From contig JBNKBE010000022.1 of assembly GCA_050287085.1 (NCBI GenBank), forward strand, positions 58,738-100,711: DNA of 41,974 nt, written 5' to 3'. Source of the stretch: Polyangiaceae bacterium (GTDB taxonomy: Bacteria; Myxococcota_A; Polyangia; Polyangiales; Polyangiaceae). Shown piece by piece: positions 38,557 through 41,974 of the stretch (position 1 is the stretch's first letter; the number at the start of each line of letters is the position of its first letter). Position numbers and translations under genes: made by a program. A model generated the notes under the pieces. That model saw nothing but the letters and a program-made list of their open reading frames with translations, did no database searches and was not told the DNA's origin.

Positions 38557-38583
38557 CGCCGCAGCCCAACCCGGCCTGCGGCG
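38557..38583. terminator. GC stem-loop between convergent genes
   Basis: CGCCGCAG (38557-38564) and CTGCGGCG (38576-38583), just after the HDOD stop. Confidence 0.35.
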
Positions 38584-38619
38584 CGGTCTGGCCTGCCGGG
38601 GTTCGGAAAGGCCCCACCT

Positions 38620-38653
38620 TGTCTCACTCAGCGCGATGTCTCACTCAGCGCGA
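38620..38653. repeat. 17-bp perfect tandem duplication (TGTCTCACTCAGCGCGA x2) spanning a stop codon
   Basis: Copies at 38620-38636 and 38637-38653. The second contains the stop of the 38641-39873 gene. Confidence 0.9.
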
Positions 38654-39873
38654 TTGCGACTCAGCCAATCCACCGCGTGCCCGTACAAGCCGATGGCGTC
38701 GCTTCCGAGGCGCTCCAGTACGAGCTCACCGGGCTGAAATGGGGCAGGACTTGCGGACTCCGAGCTCGGCTCGTTCGCACGCTCAGGGGCTCCCAACAGC
38801 CGCAAGGCAGACAACGCGGACGGCGCAGCCAAATCCACGTCCCACGTGCCGTCCGCGTGCGCGCGCAGCACCTCACCCAGGTAGACGGCCAACGCCGCGG
38901 CCTTTGGATACAGCGCTGCGCGCTCGACGTCCGTCAGCGCGTCGAGGTGAGCGTCAAGCTCGCGCAAACTGTCAAGCGAGAGATCCTGGCGCAGCTCCAT
39001 CGCAGCCAACACCCGCTGTCCTTCCGCTAGGGCGGAGGCCAGAAAGCCGTCGAGATCACGCCCCAGATGGCGCACCCCCTGCGACGCGGGCGGCACCGAC
39101 TCCACAGCCGCCGGCACCGACTCCACAGCCGCCGGCACCGCACCTGCTGCAGCCGTGCTCCGCTTAGGGCGCGTGAGGTTCCCAGCCTGGCGCCGCGCTA
39201 GCTCAACCACGCGCACCGGCGGCGCCGGCTCGAGATCGTGTTGCCGACCAGCCACGACATCCGCAAAGTAAGCCGACAGCGGCAACGCCAAACGCTCTTC
39301 ACTTCGCTGGCGCAAGGCCTTTCCCGTCAGCACCTGGCCTGCTTTCGTCCACGCCACGAAAAGCGGCGCACCGTGCAGCGCGTGGGGGGTGAGGCCCAAG
39401 ACGGCATCGGGCCCAAAGGCGCCGAGGTCGACTCGGATCAAGTAGACGCCGAGCAGGGTGTCGCGCGCCAGCTCCGAATCGCCGCGCCACAGCGCCGTCA
39501 GGCGCTGGGAGGCTTCGGACGATGTCGCAAAGAGCTCGACCACTGGCACGAGCCCCAACTCGCGCGCGGCCGCTTCATGTTGCCATACAGCGCGGTTGAG
39601 CTCCTGTTCAGCGGGGAGGTGCACGATCTTGTGAGACAGCCGGCCCCGCGCCGCCGCGGAGAGCTGTGAGGCGGGCTTGGGGTCGGACGCCCCAGACGTC
39701 CCGCCATCGGCATCGTCCGAGGCCTGCTCCGGACGAGTCGACGGCGCGCCCAGGTGTCCCGAATCGGTCTGCGTCGTAGGCCGGGAATGCGCCGCCCCGC
39801 GCGTCGCGACATGCCACACCAGCCATTCGAGCAGTGCCATGGCCAGCGCCGCAGCCCAGTTCCATCGCTCCAT
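38641..39873 (-). CDS. Hypothetical membrane-anchored protein (degenerate thioredoxin-like and DUF3806-like regions)
   Basis: N-terminal hydrophobic segment; PVVELFATSSEAS (Trx-like, no Cys); DLSLDSLRELD..L...YLGEVLR....G.W. Internal 21-bp VPAAVES repeat. Start estimated at 39873. Confidence 0.55.
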   Translation of the reverse strand: MERWNWAAALAMALLEWLVWHVATRGAAHSRPTTQTDSGHLGAPSTRPEQASDDADGGTSGASDPKPASQLSAAARGRLSHKIVHLPAEQELNRAVWQHEAAARELGLVPVVELFATSSEASQRLTALWRGDSELARDTLLGVYLIRVDLGAFGPDAVLGLTPHALHGAPLFVAWTKAGQVLTGKALRQRSEERLALPLSAYFADVVAGRQHDLEPAPPVRVVELARRQAGNLTRPKRSTAAAGAVPAAVESVPAAVESVPPASQGVRHLGRDLDGFLASALAEGQRVLAAMELRQDLSLDSLRELDAHLDALTDVERAALYPKAAALAVYLGEVLRAHADGTWDVDLAAPSALSALRLLGAPERANEPSSESASPAPFQPGELVLERLGSDAIGLYGHAVDWLSRNRAE

Positions 39874-40305
39874 TTCAGCTTGTCCTTTCCATTCGCGACG
39901 AGTGCTTGCCCAGCGCAACGCTCGATTCGCGCAGCCTAGGGGGCCGAGCCGGCCGCCCACGACCCCGCGCCCGTGCAGCTCGATCTACGGCGCTTCCGGC
40001 CGCTGTAGTGGGCTTTTGCATGCCCGTTCTAGTTCGAAGCCGCACATCGGAACACCGGCCGACCCACGGGTCGTCGGCTCCTGCCATCACCCGACCCGGT
40101 TGCATGCAGCCTAACCCCTGGAGGGGCGGGCTGGAACGCGCGCAGGGTTGTAGTGTTGTCAGAAAGTTACTTCGTAGATCCCATGCCCAGCCACTTGGTT
40201 GTATGCGCTGTAGGACCTGCTACCACTAACGGCCCCTCAGACTGCCACCGCATATGCGGCCCGCGCAGAACGTCCTGGGCTTGGCTTCGAATAGGAGAAT
40301 TCACG

Positions 40306-41631
40306 ATGAGTAAGAAGTGGCTGCCAACGGTAGCTCTTGGAATGTCGGTAGCGGTCATTGGGTGCTCAGTCAGCGAAGCGCCCGCGGACGGCAGCCCAAC
40401 CGCTGGCACCAGCTCGGGGGGCTCGCTCGCCGGAGGCAATGCGACCGGCGGTACCAGTGGTGAAGCCGCGGGCGCCGGGATGAACTCAGGCGGCACGGCG
40501 TCTGGCGGCGTGGCCACCGCGGGGGCCGCTTCGGGGGGTACGGCAGGCGGCAACTCCGGCGGCGCGGACACTGCAGGGGCCACTTCCGGCGGCGCAGACT
40601 CCGGCGGCGCAGGGGCCACTTCCGGCGGCGCGGACGCTGCAGGGGCTACTTCCGGCGGCGCGGACTCCGGCGGAGCAGGGGCTGCAGGAGAGGGCAACGC
40701 AGGAGCCCCGGGTGGCGACGCGGTTGTTGCTAGCGAAGGGTGCACCGTAGCCGGGGGAGCCGACACGCTGACGGCTGGCGGCGCTTCGGTCGGAGGTGGG
40801 CTGCCCACGTCGACTAGACTCAGCATCATGGCCGGCGGGATGAATCGCGATTACATCGTCGATATTCCCGCGGACTACGATCCAAGCCACCCGTATCGGC
40901 TGATCTTTTCGTGGCACCAAGCCTTTGGTTCGGCCAACGGCAACGCCGTCGGACAATACCCGGCCAACAATGGACCCAACTTCAACGCCCAGAACTACGC
41001 CTTCTTTGGGCTGCATCGAGAAGCCACCGCTGCCAACGAGCCAGTCATCTTTGTTGCGCCCCAGGGCATCGGTGACTTTCCGTGGGACTACGATCGCGAC
41101 GTTGTACTCTTCGACGAGATCCTAGCGAAGGTTACAGCGAACCTATGCATCGACGAGAGCCGCGTCTTCACCACCGGCTTCAGCTTCGGAGCAATGATGA
41201 GTCACGCGCTCTCGATAGGGCGTTCGTCCAAGCTGCGCGGCGCTGTCACCATGGCACCCGCCAACTACAACTTCACCCAACCGCCCAAGGAGGCCGACTC
41301 GATCGCGTACTTCGGGATCACCGGCATGAGTGACGGCACGTGTAGGTGGGTGAACAGCGACGCGAATATGACCGGCGGAAAGTACTGTGTCCTATCGCAC
41401 GCGGAAAGCAATGGCTGCAATGCCTCGCAGGACTTCCCGACGGCCGCGGTCGGCGGCCGAGATCACGTGTGTTACGACTTCGAAGGTTGCGACGAGGGCT
41501 ACCCCGTCAAGGTTTGTACCTTCGATGGCAACCACACTCCTTCGGCCGTGGCCGACGGCATGTCCGGTGGCGATGACGGCCTGAACGCCTTCGTCCCGCC
41601 CCTGGCCTGGGAGTTCATCTCACAGTTGTGA
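40306..41631 (+). CDS. Secreted lipoprotein esterase (CE1 feruloyl-esterase / PHB-depolymerase-like) with Gly/Ala-rich linker
   Basis: RBS GGAG, lipobox-like VIGC, (T/D)SGGA repeats, YRLIFSWH, IFVAPQG, CIDESRVFTTGFSFGAMMS (GxSxG), FDGNH. Confidence 0.8.
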   Translation: MSKKWLPTVALGMSVAVIGCSVSEAPADGSPTAGTSSGGSLAGGNATGGTSGEAAGAGMNSGGTASGGVATAGAASGGTAGGNSGGADTAGATSGGADSGGAGATSGGADAAGATSGGADSGGAGAAGEGNAGAPGGDAVVASEGCTVAGGADTLTAGGASVGGGLPTSTRLSIMAGGMNRDYIVDIPADYDPSHPYRLIFSWHQAFGSANGNAVGQYPANNGPNFNAQNYAFFGLHREATAANEPVIFVAPQGIGDFPWDYDRDVVLFDEILAKVTANLCIDESRVFTTGFSFGAMMSHALSIGRSSKLRGAVTMAPANYNFTQPPKEADSIAYFGITGMSDGTCRWVNSDANMTGGKYCVLSHAESNGCNASQDFPTAAVGGRDHVCYDFEGCDEGYPVKVCTFDGNHTPSAVADGMSGGDDGLNAFVPPLAWEFISQL

Positions 41632-41750
41632 TGAGACGGGGCTGGCTCGCTCGCGCGGGCCAGCTCCTATCGGCCGACCCACGGGTCACGGCGCGCATCA
41701 AGTGCCTCCGCCCTCGCGCACGAGGGCGATTGTGGCACAGTCCGCCGGTC

Positions 41751-41974
41751 GTGAAAGTGTCGCAATGGCTGTGGGTGGGGATCCCTTTGCTCGGCGTCGC
41801 AGAGCTCTGGGGCCACGCCCATTTCCGCGCACAAGCCCCCGCCCCCTCGGCGTATCAGACGCTCTTGCCCGCGCTGGAGCAACAAGCGCACCCTGGCGAC
41901 CTGGTGGTGATGGCGCCTTATTGGGCGGAGCCCAACCTCCGCGCGGTGGTGGGAGACACCCTAATGCCCCTGCG
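41751..41974 (+). CDS. Partial hypothetical membrane protein running off the window end
   Basis: Open frame MKVSQWLWVGIPLLGVAELWGH...PGDLVVMAPYWAEP... with no stop before the end. The frame is also open from the ATG at 41631. Confidence 0.55.
   Translation, partial: MKVSQWLWVGIPLLGVAELWGHAHFRAQAPAPSAYQTLLPALEQQAHPGDLVVMAPYWAEPNLRAVVGDTLMPL

Noticed and set aside
40420..40715. Repetitive GGCGGCGCGGAC-type DNA as a separate repeat element
   Set aside because: It encodes the Gly/Ala/Ser linker of the secreted esterase, a common low-complexity coding feature.

Overview
GC-rich bacterial chromosomal window. The gene families present (Hanks Ser/Thr kinases, DUF4388, PEGA-like and Cys-rich lipoproteins, Gly-rich secreted esterase) suggest a myxobacterium of the Polyangiales/Sorangiineae type; this is inference. 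About 34 plausible CDS: a large DUF4388/double-pseudokinase membrane protein, envelope and housekeeping genes (LPG-synthase-like, HAD, ABM/IsdG-like, MATE, orphan PhoR-like kinase, MlaE, rhomboid), two local regulator modules with visible paired operators (MarR/DUF4336; Rrf2/QorB-like), a kinase + PEGA-like + Cys-rich lipoprotein cluster, base-excision-repair genes xth and nth, an LLM oxidoreductase, a roadblock-like + coiled-coil pair, and a capsule-like locus (KpsC-like, GT2-KpsS-like fusion, acetyltransferase, gmd, fcl). The most striking structure is a ~2.4 kb two-gene cassette inserted between the LLM gene and nth. It is flanked by ~137-bp direct repeats that duplicate the LLM 3' end and the nth 5' end, and it carries no recombinase. 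Several short tandem arrays occur in intergenic DNA. No rRNA, tRNA, CRISPR array or transposase was recognised. All domain calls come from motif recognition by eye, not database searches, and adjusted start codons are estimates.
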